NCBI GenBank assembly: GCA_963703345.1 | Contig: OY969814.1 | Coordinates: 320,001-384,000 of the forward strand | Source: an uncultured Chloroflexia bacterium | Lineage (GTDB): Bacteria; Chloroflexota; Dehalococcoidia; DSTF01; JALHUB01 | Direction: 5' to 3' | DNA length: 64,000 nucleotides | In this document: positions 9,552 to 19,666 of the stretch, one piece after another | Layout: each line of letters starts with the position of its first letter | How positions within the stretch are numbered: position 1 is the first letter of the stretch | Position numbers and translations under genes: made by a program | Notes under the pieces: model-generated | Told to the model about the DNA's origin: nothing | Seen by the model: the letters and a program-made list of their open reading frames with translations, nothing else | Databases searched by the model: none

Positions 9552-9986
9552 TTAGCGCATGGTGTCGAGTCGCTGCATCAGCCCGAGGCGTTCCGCTTCG
9601 GGGTCGTCCGACGGCTGCTCCTGGAGGGCGACGACGGTGGCCATGGCGAGGTCGCGCGAGTGGCTGAGGCTGACGTCTATGCCGGTCAGGCCAAGCGCCC
9701 GCGCCCGCTCTTTGGCCCGGCCGTAGAGGAAGAGAAGCGGCTTTCCGCGTCGATTGGGAAGCACCTCGATCTCGCGCCAGGCGACGCCGCGGACGCCGGT
9801 GCCGAGCGCCTTCATCGTCGCTTCCTTGGCGGCGAAGCGGGCGGCGAGCAGGTGGGCGCGGTCGCCGCAGAGACGCAGCTCGGCGGGCGTGAAGACGCGG
9901 GAGCGGAAGCGCTCGCGATGGCGTTGGAGGACCTTGTGCACGCGGCCGATCTCGACCAGGTTGACGCCGACGGCAAGGGATGTCAT
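9552..9986 (-). CDS. acpS: Holo-ACP synthase
   Basis: RFAAKEA, KALGTG, SLSH. The N-terminal GxD motif reads GVN. Confidence 0.9.
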   Translation of the reverse strand: MTSLAVGVNLVEIGRVHKVLQRHRERFRSRVFTPAELRLCGDRAHLLAARFAAKEATMKALGTGVRGVAWREIEVLPNRRGKPLLFLYGRAKERARALGLTGIDVSLSHSRDLAMATVVALQEQPSDDPEAERLGLMQRLDTMR

Positions 9987-10054
9987 AGGAAGGTCAATTG
10001 TAGCATAGGGTCTTGGGCGTCGAATAGAGGCAGGATGGCCGGGGTGCCGCTGCG

Positions 10055-11095
10055 TCAGGAGCCGTCCCAGAGGGCGGTCTGCGCCGAGGGCGGCGGGCCT
10101 TTCGGCGGCAAGCCCAGGTGCTCGTAGGCGCGACGGGTGGCGACTCGGCCGCGGGGCGTCCGCTGGAGGAAACCGACCTGCATGAGGTACGGCTCGTACA
10201 CGTCCATGATCGTGTCCGCTTCTTCGGAGATGGAGGCGGCGATCGTGTCGAGGCCGACGGGGCCGCCGTCGAACTTGTGGATTATCGTCTGCAGGACCTT
10301 GTGGTCGATGTCGTCCAGCCCCAGCTCGTCGATCTCCAGCCGCGCCAGCGCTTCAACGGCTACCTCTTCGGAAATGCGACCGTCCGCCATGACCTGGGCG
10401 TAGTCGCGCACCCGCTTCAGCAGGCGGTTGGCGACGCGCGGGGTCCCGCGAGCCCGTTGCGCCATCTGCTTCAGGCCGCCTTCGTCGACTTCGACGCCGA
10501 GGATGTGGGCGCTGCGTCGGATGATGGCGCCGATAGCCTCCGTGTCGTAGAAGTCGAGCCGGTAGACGGCGCCGAAGCGGTCGCGCAGGGGCGGGCTTAG
10601 CATGGCGTAGCGGGTGGTCGAGCCGACGAGGGTGAAGCGCGGAAGCGAGAGACGCACGCTGCGGGCGCCCGGCCCCTTGCCGAGCACGAGGTCGAGCGCG
10701 AAGTCTTCCATGGCGGGATAGAGGATCTCTTCGATGGCCCGCGCCAGGCGGTGGATTTCGTCGATGAAGAGGACGTCGTCGCGCTGGAGATTGGTCAAGA
10801 TGGCCGCCAGGTCGCCGGGGCGCTCGATAGCGGGACCGGAGGTGACGCGCACGCTCACGCCCATCTCGGCGGCGATGATATAGGAGAGGGTTGTCTTGCC
10901 CAAGCCGGGCGGGCCGTAGAGGAGGACGTGGTCCAAGGGCTCGCCGCGCATCTGGGCGGCGGCCATGGCGATGCGCAGGTTGTCTTTGACTTTATCCTGG
11001 CCTATGTAGTCGTCCAGCCGGTGCGGCCGCAGGGAGGTATCGAGGGCGAGGTCCTCTTCGCGCGGCTTGCCGGAAAGGATGCGATCGGACGTCAT
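10055..11095 (-). CDS. ruvB: Holliday junction helicase RuvB
   Basis: [39 protein letters not shown]. Confidence 0.97.
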   Translation of the reverse strand: MTSDRILSGKPREEDLALDTSLRPHRLDDYIGQDKVKDNLRIAMAAAQMRGEPLDHVLLYGPPGLGKTTLSYIIAAEMGVSVRVTSGPAIERPGDLAAILTNLQRDDVLFIDEIHRLARAIEEILYPAMEDFALDLVLGKGPGARSVRLSLPRFTLVGSTTRYAMLSPPLRDRFGAVYRLDFYDTEAIGAIIRRSAHILGVEVDEGGLKQMAQRARGTPRVANRLLKRVRDYAQVMADGRISEEVAVEALARLEIDELGLDDIDHKVLQTIIHKFDGGPVGLDTIAASISEEADTIMDVYEPYLMQVGFLQRTPRGRVATRRAYEHLGLPPKGPPPSAQTALWDGS

Positions 11096-11098
11096 ACC

Positions 11099-11383
11099 CT
11101 AGCGCTTCTCCCGTCGCAGCTCGATTGTGACGGTGCCTCGGTCCATGCAGTTGAGCTCGACGGAGTCGGGATCGCCCCAGCCCGCCGGGAAGCCGCCGCC
11201 GAACTGGAGCATGACGATGTAAGGGAAGATATCGTGATAGAGGAAGCCGCAGAGGCCGGCGGTGTTGTGGGCGCTGATCTCGAACTCGTCGCCGGCCTTG
11301 TGGCCCATGCTGCAGTTGCCTTTGACGTTGCGGATCGTGGCCCAGACGCGGTTGCCGACCTGCGCGTACTCTCGTTGCTCCAT
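11099..11383 (-). CDS. TIGR04076-like small Cys-containing protein
   Basis: KGNC..GHK.GD.F, GLC, C-x-D pattern. GAGG RBS before MEQREY. Confidence 0.75.
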   Translation of the reverse strand: MEQREYAQVGNRVWATIRNVKGNCSMGHKAGDEFEISAHNTAGLCGFLYHDIFPYIVMLQFGGGFPAGWGDPDSVELNCMDRGTVTIELRREKR

Positions 11384-11601
11384 GGTCGCCTCCTCTTGCT
11401 GCAAGCTTCGACGCGTCGAGGCGCGGGTTGGAACAAGCGTACTGTGGGCGACAACGGGTGTCAACGGTGGCACAGCGGGTTTCTTCTTGGCCTGAAGTCG
11501 GGAGCCGTTCGCGTGGGGCGGGCGTTCTGCCTGTCGGGGAGAGAACGGTTCTGGGTCTGAGATCGGTTGGGTTCGTTCGGCGGTTCGGAGGACATGCGAT
11601 T

Positions 11602-11670
11602 CTGAGGGATGAATCCCTCAGCCTCTTTGGAAGGTAACCGTCCGGCGGTTCGGCTTTCCCGAACCGCCGG
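11602..11670. repeat. Palindromic repeat family A plus a second hairpin
   Basis: CTGAGGGAT-GA-ATCCCTCAG followed by CCGGCGGTTCGG...CCGAACCGCCGG. Confidence 0.7.
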
Positions 11671-11752
11671 CGCGCGAGGCGCCAGCCGAACGCGGCCAAC
11701 CACGCAGTCGAACGCGAAACCGTTGACCGCGTCCTATTCGTCGAATCGCAGC

Positions 11753-12268
11753 TTATATCTCGCGTGCTAGTTCCGCCAGGGAGCGGCGCGGCGTCGCTCG
11801 CGGCTTCTCCGCCGCATAGCCGATTGGCAACAGCGCCACCGGCATCCGTTCTTCGCCGACGCCAATCGCCTCCTGAACGTCCCTTCGTCGGAACGCGCCG
11901 ACCCAGCACGCCGATAGGCCGAGGTCGTGGGCGGCAAGCTGGGCGTAGGCGCAGGCAATCGTGGCGTCCTGGAGCGCGTAAAGGCTCTCGCCGCGACGAC
12001 CGTACTTCGCACTCGATCTCTCCGGCTCCGCCAGGAAGATGAGCACGACCGGCGCCTGCCCGACGAACTGCTGGTCTGCCGCCGCTTTCGCCAGCGCCTG
12101 GCGGGTCGCGAGAGTCCGCGCCACAACAATCGAATACGCCTGCAGATCGCCGGCGGAAGGCGCGCGATTGGCCGCGTGCAGTATCTTCTCCAGGTCCTCC
12201 GGCGGCACCGGGGCGTCGCCGTACACCCGGACGGAATGCCTTTCTTCAATCAGCGTCATGAACTCCAT
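11753..12268 (-). CDS. Nitroreductase family protein
   Basis: RHSVR, APSAGDLQ, LAAHDLGLSACWVGAF, PIGY. Confidence 0.9.
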   Translation of the reverse strand: MEFMTLIEERHSVRVYGDAPVPPEDLEKILHAANRAPSAGDLQAYSIVVARTLATRQALAKAAADQQFVGQAPVVLIFLAEPERSSAKYGRRGESLYALQDATIACAYAQLAAHDLGLSACWVGAFRRRDVQEAIGVGEERMPVALLPIGYAAEKPRATPRRSLAELAREI

Positions 12269-12305
12269 AATTCCCTCACGCGAAAAGAATAGTCGCCGTG
12301 GCGAC

Positions 12306-13184
12306 TCACAGTTGACCTTCCTCGCGACGCTTCGCCTCGGCGCGCAGCCGCGCCTGCTCCCGCAGGTACTTCGTGATCGGCGCCGGCTCCGACGGGTACC
12401 AGGCTTTGCTCCAGTAGTCGAAGTCCGGCCAGTCGTACGGCAGGTTGACGACCGCGTTCGGCTCTTTGATGTCGACCAGCGCCCGCAGCGAGTCGCGGAT
12501 TACGCACATCTGCTCGTCACGGTCGCCGGTGTGCCCCAGCGGATGGCCGAACGGGAACTCGACGCCGACGATCCGTGGCGTTCCGGCCGCCTGCGCCAGA
12601 TACGGGACCATCGTTACGAGGACGGTGCTTATACCCGCTGCTTCGATTGCACGCGCCAGCACGGGCGCGTTCCGGCAGCACTCCGGTCAGACCGGCGTAA
12701 GGAAAGCGCAGTTGACCTCCTCGTCTTTCATGCGCGCGGCGATCTCCGGCCCGTAGCGCTCCCGCCACTCGTCGTTCGACTCCTGGTATCCCATCACCGA
12801 ATAGCTCGTCGGCGCCAGCGAGCCGATCTCGCCCGACGCCTCCAGCTCAAGGAAACGATGGATGGGCAGCGCGACGTTGATGTCGGCCTCCAGATCGCTC
12901 GTGTTGATGTGCAGGTGGGCCACGCCGATCTGCTCCTGACGCACGTCGCGGGGGATGGCGCGATAGGTCGGGTCGCCCCAGGTCGGCTCGCGCCTCTCGC
13001 GTTCAAGGTCGAAGGGCTCCTGCCGGCCCTTGACGTAGGCGCCGGCGGTGCTCAGGAGGGAGAAGCGGCACTCTCTGAGCGGCTTTCGCAGCGGCGCCCA
13101 GGGCACGGGAGCCTTGTCGACGTGCAGGTTGCGGTAGTAGTTCGCCAGCGAAGGCGGCAGCCACTTAAAGCTATCAACGGCCAT
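12306..13184 (-). CDS. PrdB/GrdB-like (reductase selenoprotein B family) protein with in-frame UGA read as Sec
   Basis: Two track ORFs share one frame and are separated only by TGA at 12689-12687: ...FLTPV-U-PECCRNAPVLARAIEAAGISTV... UxxC motif plus STAG, GDPTYR, DIN..P and PFGHP motifs. Confidence 0.85.
12636..12686 (-). promoter_or_regulatory. Putative bacterial SECIS element
   Basis: mRNA hairpin ACGCGCC-CGUGCU-GGCGCGU with the loop 23 nt after UGA and GU near its start. Possible lower stem UGCUGC/GCAGCG. Confidence 0.7.
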
Positions 13185-13209
13185 TCTTCACCTCCTGCTG
13201 ATTGCACAG

Positions 13210-14091
13210 CTAGATGCCCAGGACCCGGCGGGCGTTCTCGCCCAGGATCAGGCGTTTCTCTTCGTCTGACAGCGGCAGCGCCTCGATGCGGTCGATATCG
13301 CGTACGGGATGGAACCAGGGCCAGTCGGAGCCGAAGAGGATGCGTTCCGCGCCGAAGCGTCGCACCAGCGCCACCGCCTCCTCGTCCGACATTTGCGGCG
13401 GTTCGATTGTGCCCTCAATGACGCTGGAGCTGTCGAAGTGCAGGTTGGGGAACTCCTCCGCCATCGCCAGCGATTCGTCAATGTAGCCGTTGCCCATGTG
13501 GGCCAGCACGAACCGCAGACGCGGATGCGCCCGCAGGATGCGCGCGAATGCCCGCGGCCGCGAGTGGTCCGACGATTCCGGGTCCATCGGGAAGAAGCCG
13601 CCGTGGGAGAGGACTGGCATCTCGAGCGATTCCGCCTCGGGGTAGAGCGGCCACAGATTGGGGTCGTCCGGGTTGAACCGCTGGGACGACGGGTGCAGCT
13701 TGATGCCGACCGCTCCCTGCTCGCGACAGCGCCTCACCTCGGCGACGACGCCGTCGGGCCCCATCGATGGGTCGACGCTGATGAACGGGACGAGCGACGG
13801 ATGGTCGCGGGCGGTCCTGCAGGTCCAATCGTTGCGGCGCTTAAGGCGTTCGATCATCTGCTGGGCCACCTCTTCGGGCGGGCCCTTGCCGGCCGCCAGC
13901 GCCGCCTCGCGCATGTCGGCGACCGGCGTCATGTTCATCATCGCCGCCTTGTCGACGCCGCCGACGGACATGAGGGCGAGGAGCTCCTGGACGGTGCCGG
14001 CGCAGCCGCTCATGGCCGTGCCGCCGGTCGCCTGGAGGCCGACGGCTGCGCTGGGATAGGTGTGGACGTGGACGTCGATGATGTTGAGCAT
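13210..14091 (-). CDS. Amidohydrolase_2 family metal-dependent hydrolase
   Basis: IDVHVH, GIKLHP, LAHMG, FGSDWP, ILGENA. Confidence 0.9.
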   Translation of the reverse strand: MLNIIDVHVHTYPSAAVGLQATGGTAMSGCAGTVQELLALMSVGGVDKAAMMNMTPVADMREAALAAGKGPPEEVAQQMIERLKRRNDWTCRTARDHPSLVPFISVDPSMGPDGVVAEVRRCREQGAVGIKLHPSSQRFNPDDPNLWPLYPEAESLEMPVLSHGGFFPMDPESSDHSRPRAFARILRAHPRLRFVLAHMGNGYIDESLAMAEEFPNLHFDSSSVIEGTIEPPQMSDEEAVALVRRFGAERILFGSDWPWFHPVRDIDRIEALPLSDEEKRLILGENARRVLGI

Positions 14092-14181
14092 ATCTGCCGC
14101 CTGTTTATCGTGTGATGGCTACGCTACGAGATGAGGATAGCGGAGCGTCGAGACTGCGACAAGAGAAGCTGTGGAAGGAGT

Positions 14182-15168
14182 CTATTTCTTCGGCAGACTG
14201 CTGAGCGCGGCGAGGAGGCCCGATGACGCCGCCTCGCGGGCTGTGCGTAGGGCGCTCTTGAAGGCGACGGCGTCGGCGCGGCCGTGGGCGACGATGACGA
14301 CGCCGTTTACCCCCAGCAGCGGGACGCCTCCGTACTCCGCGTACTCCAATCGGCGGCGCATCTCGCGCAGGGCGTCGCGCAGCACGAGGCCGGCGAGTCG
14401 ATACTGAAGCTTGCTTTCGACGACGCGACGGACGCGCGTAAAGACGAACTCCAGCAGCGCCTCGCTCGCTTTGACAATCACGTTGCCTGTGAAGCCGTCG
14501 GTCACGACGACGTTGACAACCCCCTGCGTGATGTCTTTGCCCTCGACGTTGCCGACGAAGTTGAGGGGTGCCTTCTTTAGCTTGTCGTAGACCTCCTGCA
14601 CCAGGTCGTTCCCCTTGCCTTCCTCTTCGCCGATGTTGAGCAGGCCGATGCGCGGCCGCTCCAAGCCGAAGACGCGCTCCATGTAGGCGGAGCCCATGTA
14701 GGCGAACTGGATGAGGTAGGACGGCTTGCAGACCGCGTTCGCGCCGACGTCGAGGATCAGGACGCCGCGGTCGGTTGAGGGGAATATGGCGCCGATGGCC
14801 GGTCGCTCGATGCCGGGAAGACGGCCGAGATTGAGCAGCGCCGAGGCCACGACGGCGCCGGTGTTCCCCGCCGAGACGACGGCGCCCGCCTCGCCGTCCT
14901 TCGCCAGGCGCATTGCGACGTTGATGGCGGCGTCACGCTTCTGGCGCACCGCCTGCGCCGGCGACTCGTCCATGCCGATCGCCTGGCTGGCTTCGACGAC
15001 GTGCAGTCCGGAGGGCTGCGAAGAGTAACGGGCCAGCTCATCCTCGATCAGCCGCCGCGGCCCGACGAGCGCTATCTCCAAGCCCAGGTCGCGCGCCGCT
15101 CGCACCGCGCCGGCAATCGATTCGCGGGGGGCGCGGTCGCCGCCCATAACGTCGAGGGCGATTATCAT
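14182..15168 (-). CDS. plsX: Phosphate acyltransferase PlsX
   Basis: DVMGGD, SAGNTGA, LDVGAN, NIGEEEGKG, GNVEG, TDGFTGNV, AHG. Confidence 0.96.
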   Translation of the reverse strand: MIIALDVMGGDRAPRESIAGAVRAARDLGLEIALVGPRRLIEDELARYSSQPSGLHVVEASQAIGMDESPAQAVRQKRDAAINVAMRLAKDGEAGAVVSAGNTGAVVASALLNLGRLPGIERPAIGAIFPSTDRGVLILDVGANAVCKPSYLIQFAYMGSAYMERVFGLERPRIGLLNIGEEEGKGNDLVQEVYDKLKKAPLNFVGNVEGKDITQGVVNVVVTDGFTGNVIVKASEALLEFVFTRVRRVVESKLQYRLAGLVLRDALREMRRRLEYAEYGGVPLLGVNGVVIVAHGRADAVAFKSALRTAREAASSGLLAALSSLPKK

Positions 15169-15171
15169 GGC

Positions 15172-16362
15172 TTACGACTCTCCTTCGGGCGGCCCGGAGC
15201 GGAACTCCTCCCACATGCGTTGTCGCAGGTCGCCGTCAACGAGAACGTCGACGGCGGTGGTGGCCAGCGCCTTCGCGGCGTCGAGCAGGGCGCGGTTGCC
15301 GGCCTCCGAAGCGGCGAGGCGGGCGAAATCGGCGGTGTGGATGTTCACGTCGCGGGCCAGCGCAATCGACGGGTGGATCGTCGGCAGAAGGACGCTGACG
15401 TTGCCGACGTCGGTGCTGCCCAGGGCGCGAGGTCGCGGCGGCTCCGTCGTCTTGCGTCCAAGAGAAGTCATGTTTCGTCGAAAGGCAGCGGCAAGCGCGC
15501 GGTTGGCCCGCAGTGGCGCGTACTGCACGTCATCCCAGCGGCACTCCAGGCGCGCGCCGGTGGCCGTGGCACCGGCCTCGAAGCAGGCAACGACGCGGCG
15601 CTTGAGGTCCTCCAGGTACGCCTCATCCTCGGCGCGCATGAGGAAGACGGCCTCAGAGTGGTTCGGAACGACGTTCGGCATCTGGCCGCCGTCGCTGATG
15701 ATGCCGTGGACGCGGGCGGTCTCGCGGATGTGCTGGCGCAGCGCGGCGACGGCGTTGTAGCCGAAGACGAGGGCGTCGAGGGCGTTTATGCCGGCTTCGG
15801 GACGGCTAGCAGCGTGCGCCTCTTTGCCGAAGTACTCCACCGTCAGGGTCGCGCAGGCAAGCGCGGCCGTCAGGGCGGCGTTGCGCGAGCCGGGATGGAC
15901 GAGCATAGCGGCGTCGAGGCCGTCGAAGGCGCCGCGCTCCGCCATTATCGCCTTGCCGCCGTAGACCTCCTCCGCCGGCGTGCCGATGGCAGCGATGCCC
16001 CCGCCGGTCTCCGCCAGGACGCTCTTCACCGCGACGGCCGCGCCGGTCGAGGCAGCGGCTATCAGGTTGTGGCCGCAGGCGTGGCCCAGGCCGGCGAGGG
16101 CGTCGTACTCGGCGAGGAAGGCGACGCGCGGTCGCTCTTCGCCGCAGGCGGCGCGAAAGGCGGTCGCGAGGTCGCAGAACGGTTGCTCGACGGAGAAGCC
16201 GCGGTCCTGGAGATAAGCGCAGAGCCAGCGACAGGCGCTTGTCTCCTGGAAGCCGGTCTCCGGGTTATCGTGGATGCGGAGGCTGAGGTCGATGAGGGCG
16301 TCTCGCTGCGCTTCGACCTCTTCGATGACGCGGGCCTTCAGTTGTTCGGCGTCGGGCGGCAA
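15172..16362 (-). CDS. M20 family amidohydrolase (ACY1L2/AbgB-like)
   Basis: PETGFQE, AEYDAL, HACGHN, GTPAEE..GGK, AHAA, GSTDVGNVS. Start estimated at TTG. Confidence 0.88.
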   Translation of the reverse strand: MPPDAEQLKARVIEEVEAQRDALIDLSLRIHDNPETGFQETSACRWLCAYLQDRGFSVEQPFCDLATAFRAACGEERPRVAFLAEYDALAGLGHACGHNLIAAASTGAAVAVKSVLAETGGGIAAIGTPAEEVYGGKAIMAERGAFDGLDAAMLVHPGSRNAALTAALACATLTVEYFGKEAHAASRPEAGINALDALVFGYNAVAALRQHIRETARVHGIISDGGQMPNVVPNHSEAVFLMRAEDEAYLEDLKRRVVACFEAGATATGARLECRWDDVQYAPLRANRALAAAFRRNMTSLGRKTTEPPRPRALGSTDVGNVSVLLPTIHPSIALARDVNIHTADFARLAASEAGNRALLDAAKALATTAVDVLVDGDLRQRMWEEFRSGPPEGES

Positions 16363-16530
16363 TACAATCCCCCGGAAGCAGGATTCACGGGCAAAAGCAT
16401 TGTAGGAGGGGCACGACGCGGGCGTCAACTGGTGCGCTGGTGCCGCTGATTCCGCTGAGCGCAACACGATGCGTTGCGTCACGTCGCTGGCGCGCGTCGC
16501 GGGCCCCGAGCTTCGTGGGATGGGAATAAA

Positions 16531-16570
16531 CAATTCTGAGGGATAAATCCCTTCCTGCGGCGGGCAGGCG
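16531..16570. repeat. Palindromic repeat family A, variant
   Basis: CAATTCTGAGGGATAAATCCCT is identical to 16701-16722. Confidence 0.75.
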
Positions 16571-16700
16571 GTGGCAGCTTTTCCCAGGCGACGGCGGCGC
16601 GAGTCCAGATCAGTTGAGCTGCGGGTTTCAACGCGCAGACCTGAGGAAAGCACCGCCCGATGCCTCGCTGGCTCGGGGTGGAAGCTGTAGTGATTGATTA

Positions 16701-16726
16701 CAATTCTGAGGGATAAATCCCTCAGC
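16701..16726. repeat. Palindromic repeat family A
   Basis: CAATT-CTGAGGGAT-AA-ATCCCTCAG. Confidence 0.75.
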
Positions 16727-16879
16727 TTTTCTGGGATTAACGCCGGCGTTTGGTGGTTGGGGGCGCGAAGTCGGGCCTGCAAGACGGGAACAGCGGGCGC
16801 TGCGAGGATGCTTCGACGCAGCACAGGCAGAGCGGTTGTAGCGCGGTCGTCGATGAGCTATTATGAGGGTTAGACCAAG

Positions 16880-16993
16880 GTTTTCGGGAGCTGGGGGATC
16901 TCGCCTGAGGCGGGAGGGCCCGGCTGAGAGGGTGGCCGTAGCACCGCCACCGACCGTTCGAACCTGACCTGGGTAATGCCAGCGTAGGGAGAA
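16880..16993 (+). ncRNA. TPP riboswitch
   Basis: GGGAG...GCTGAGAG...GAACCTGACCTGGGTAATGCCAGCGTAGGGA directly upstream of thiD. Confidence 0.93.
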
Positions 16994-16995
16994 GT

Positions 16996-17037
16996 AAGCG
17001 CTACTCGTCCCTGCGACGGCCGGCGCTTTTTGTTTTG
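16996..17037 (+). terminator. Riboswitch-associated intrinsic terminator
   Basis: AAGCGC...GCGCTT stem followed by a T-tract; the loop region TCCCTGCG is complementary to the aptamer 3' end. Confidence 0.6.
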
Positions 17038-17051
17038 TCGGGAGTCCATCG

Positions 17052-17858
17052 ATGCGGACGGCGATGACAATTGCAGGCTCCGATTCCAGCGCAGGCGCCG
17101 GCATCCAGGCGGACCTGAAGACGTTCGCCGCGTTCGGTGTCTACGGGACGTCGGTGGTGACGGCGATAACGGCGCAGAACACGCTGGGCGTTAGCCGCGT
17201 CGAGACGTTGTCGCCAGAGATTGTCGCGGCGCAGATGGACGCTGTGCTGAGCGATATCGGCGCGGACGTGGCGAAGGCGGGCATGCTCGGCAGCGCCGCC
17301 GTCGTCGAAGTCGTGGCGTCGAAGCTACGGGAATATGGGTTGACGCAGTTCGTGCTCGACCCCGTGCTCCGCGCATCGGACGGCAGCCCGCTGCTGGAGA
17401 CGGACGGCATCGACGCGCTGCGGAAGAAGCTACTGCCGCTGGCGCTGGTCGTGACGCCGAACGTCGAGGAGGCGGGCGCGCTGGTGGGACGCCGCCTGGA
17501 GGGACGCGAGGACGTGTGGCAGGCGGCGCGGGAGATCGTGGCGATGGGCGCGCGGAACGTCGTCATCACGGACATCGCGCCGGACGGCCCGGCGGTCGAC
17601 CTGTTCTTCGACGGCCAGCAGCAGCACGAGTTCGCGGCGGCACGGGTGGACACGACGAATACGCACGGCACCGGCTGCGCATTCTCGGCGGCTCTCGCCG
17701 CTTCGCTGGCGAAAGGATCGGCGCCGCGGCAAGCGGTGGCGATGGCGAAGGCCTATGTCACCAAGGCGCTGCAAATGTCGTACCCGCTGGGCACGGGACA
17801 CGGCCCGCTGCATCATTTCTTTCGCTACTGGCAGGACATAGAAGGCAGTAACCGGTAG
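17052..17858 (+). CDS. thiD: HMP/HMP-P kinase
   Basis: TIAGSDSSAGAGIQADLKTF, TAQNT, LDPV, TPN..E, THGTGC. Confidence 0.95.
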   Translation: MRTAMTIAGSDSSAGAGIQADLKTFAAFGVYGTSVVTAITAQNTLGVSRVETLSPEIVAAQMDAVLSDIGADVAKAGMLGSAAVVEVVASKLREYGLTQFVLDPVLRASDGSPLLETDGIDALRKKLLPLALVVTPNVEEAGALVGRRLEGREDVWQAAREIVAMGARNVVITDIAPDGPAVDLFFDGQQQHEFAAARVDTTNTHGTGCAFSAALAASLAKGSAPRQAVAMAKAYVTKALQMSYPLGTGHGPLHHFFRYWQDIEGSNR

Positions 17859-17885
17859 GCTTGGGGCGGAAGCCGGAGGCGCATC

Positions 17886-19226
17886 ATGGCGACAGGGAAA
17901 GCGACAACAAACGGGGCCGGCACGCAGATGAGTTGCGCGCGCCAGGGCATGGTGACGGAGCAGATGCGCATCGTCGCGGCCAAGGAGGGGCTGGAGCCGG
18001 AGGCGGTGCGACAGGAGGTCGCGGCCGGGCGGCTCGTCATCCCGGCGAACGTAAACCACGCCGCGCTCAGCCCGATCGGCATCGGCGCCGTCGCCGGCGT
18101 GAAGATAAACGCTAACATCGGCAACTCGGCGCTCTCGTCGGACATCGAGACGGAGCTCTGCAAGCTTCACGTGTCGATAAACTTCGGCGCAGACACCGTG
18201 ATGGACCTCAGCTCCGGCGGCGACATCGACGCCATTCGCCGGGCGATCATCGAAGCCAGCCCGCTTCCCGTCGGCACGGTGCCGATCTACCAGGTGGCGG
18301 CGGATCTGGAACGCATGGAGGACATGACCGCCGAGGCGCTGTTCGAGATGATCGAGCACCAGGCGGAGCAGGGCGTCGACTTCATGACTGTGCACTGCGG
18401 CCTCCTGCGCGAGCACGTCCCGCTGACGCAAAGGCGCGTCACCGGTATTGTCAGCCGCGGCGGCGGGCTGCTGGCGCAGTGGATGATGCATCACAATCGT
18501 CAGAACCCGCTATACGAGCGCTTCGATGAGCTCTGCGACATCGCGCGGCGCTACGACGTAACGCTTAGCCTCGGCGATGGCCTGCGTCCGGGCTCGCTCA
18601 TCGACGCCAGCGACGCGGCGCAGTTCGCCGAGCTGGAGACGCTGGGAGAGCTGACGGAGCGCGCCTGGGCCAAAGACGTGCAGGTGATTATCGAAGGGCC
18701 CGGGCACGTGCCGCTGGACCAGATCGAGATGAACGTTAGGCGGCAGCAGGAGGTGTGCCACGGCGCGCCCTTCTACGTCCTCGGGCCGCTGGTGACGGAC
18801 GTTGCGCCCGGCTACGACCACATCACGTCGGCCATTGGCGCAACGCTGGCCGCCTACGCCGGCGCCAGCTATCTTTGCTACGTCACGCCGCGCGAGCATC
18901 TCGGGCTGCCGAGCCTGGAGGACGTGAAGATCGGCGTAGTGACGTACAAGATCGCCGCGCACGCCGCCGACGTTGCCCGCGGCCGCAAGGGGGCGCGCGA
19001 CCATGACGACGCTATGTCCCGCGCCCGCTACGCCTTCGACTGGGAGCGGCAGTTCGCGCTGTCGCTCGACCCGGAGACGGCGCGTCGCATGCACGACGAG
19101 AGCCTGCCGGAGGGCTATCCAAAGGCCGGCAACTTCTGCTCGATGTGCGGGCCGAAGTTCTGCCCGATGCGCATCAGCCACCAGATGAATGAGGCATTGG
19201 CGGCGGAAACGGAGAAGAGCGGCTAG
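17886..19226 (+). CDS. thiC: Phosphomethylpyrimidine synthase
   Basis: [48 protein letters not shown]. Confidence 0.97.
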   Translation: MATGKATTNGAGTQMSCARQGMVTEQMRIVAAKEGLEPEAVRQEVAAGRLVIPANVNHAALSPIGIGAVAGVKINANIGNSALSSDIETELCKLHVSINFGADTVMDLSSGGDIDAIRRAIIEASPLPVGTVPIYQVAADLERMEDMTAEALFEMIEHQAEQGVDFMTVHCGLLREHVPLTQRRVTGIVSRGGGLLAQWMMHHNRQNPLYERFDELCDIARRYDVTLSLGDGLRPGSLIDASDAAQFAELETLGELTERAWAKDVQVIIEGPGHVPLDQIEMNVRRQQEVCHGAPFYVLGPLVTDVAPGYDHITSAIGATLAAYAGASYLCYVTPREHLGLPSLEDVKIGVVTYKIAAHAADVARGRKGARDHDDAMSRARYAFDWERQFALSLDPETARRMHDESLPEGYPKAGNFCSMCGPKFCPMRISHQMNEALAAETEKSG

Positions 19227-19651
19227 TGGAGCTTTCCTACCCAAAGTACACGGCGATCCTGGCGTCGGCGGCGGTTATCGTCCGCGACGGGCGGTTGCTG
19301 CTGCTGGAGGACCGCTGGGGCCGCTGGGGACTGCCATCGGGCTTCCTGGAGAAGGGCGAATCGGTGGAGGAAACGCTGGCGCGGGAAATACTGGAGGAGT
19401 TGGGCGTGCCCGCTCGCATAGTCGCGCCCTTCGGCGTCGAGATCGATTGGGCGGGACCGGAAGGGAGCGTTTTCGTCCTCGTGCATTTCGCCGTCGAGCT
19501 CCTGAGCGAGGATTTCGCGCCGAACGAGGAGGTCGTGCGGTACGCCTGGGTGCCGCCGGACGAGGTCGGGCGCTACAACGTCTGGCCCAACGTGCGGCGA
19601 CTGGCGGAGCGCATGCTGGCGGATTCCGGGGTCGCTTCGGGCGGCCCTTAG
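19226..19651 (+). CDS. Nudix hydrolase
   Basis: Nudix box GFLEKGESVEETLAREILEELG; start overlaps the thiC stop. Confidence 0.85.
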   Translation: MELSYPKYTAILASAAVIVRDGRLLLLEDRWGRWGLPSGFLEKGESVEETLAREILEELGVPARIVAPFGVEIDWAGPEGSVFVLVHFAVELLSEDFAPNEEVVRYAWVPPDEVGRYNVWPNVRRLAERMLADSGVASGGP

Positions 19652-19666
19652 CGAACAGGCGAGAAG

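Noticed and set aside
9960-9965. A-to-I mRNA editing as the explanation for Asn at conserved Asp sites
   Set aside because: Silent GTTGAC variants on coding strands, a His variant and an indel in the same context point to a DNA-level or basecalling cause.
16531-16726. Possible CRISPR array from two identical 22-bp repeats
   Set aside because: Only two copies, 170 bp apart, with no cas genes; dispersed copies elsewhere fit a REP-like family.
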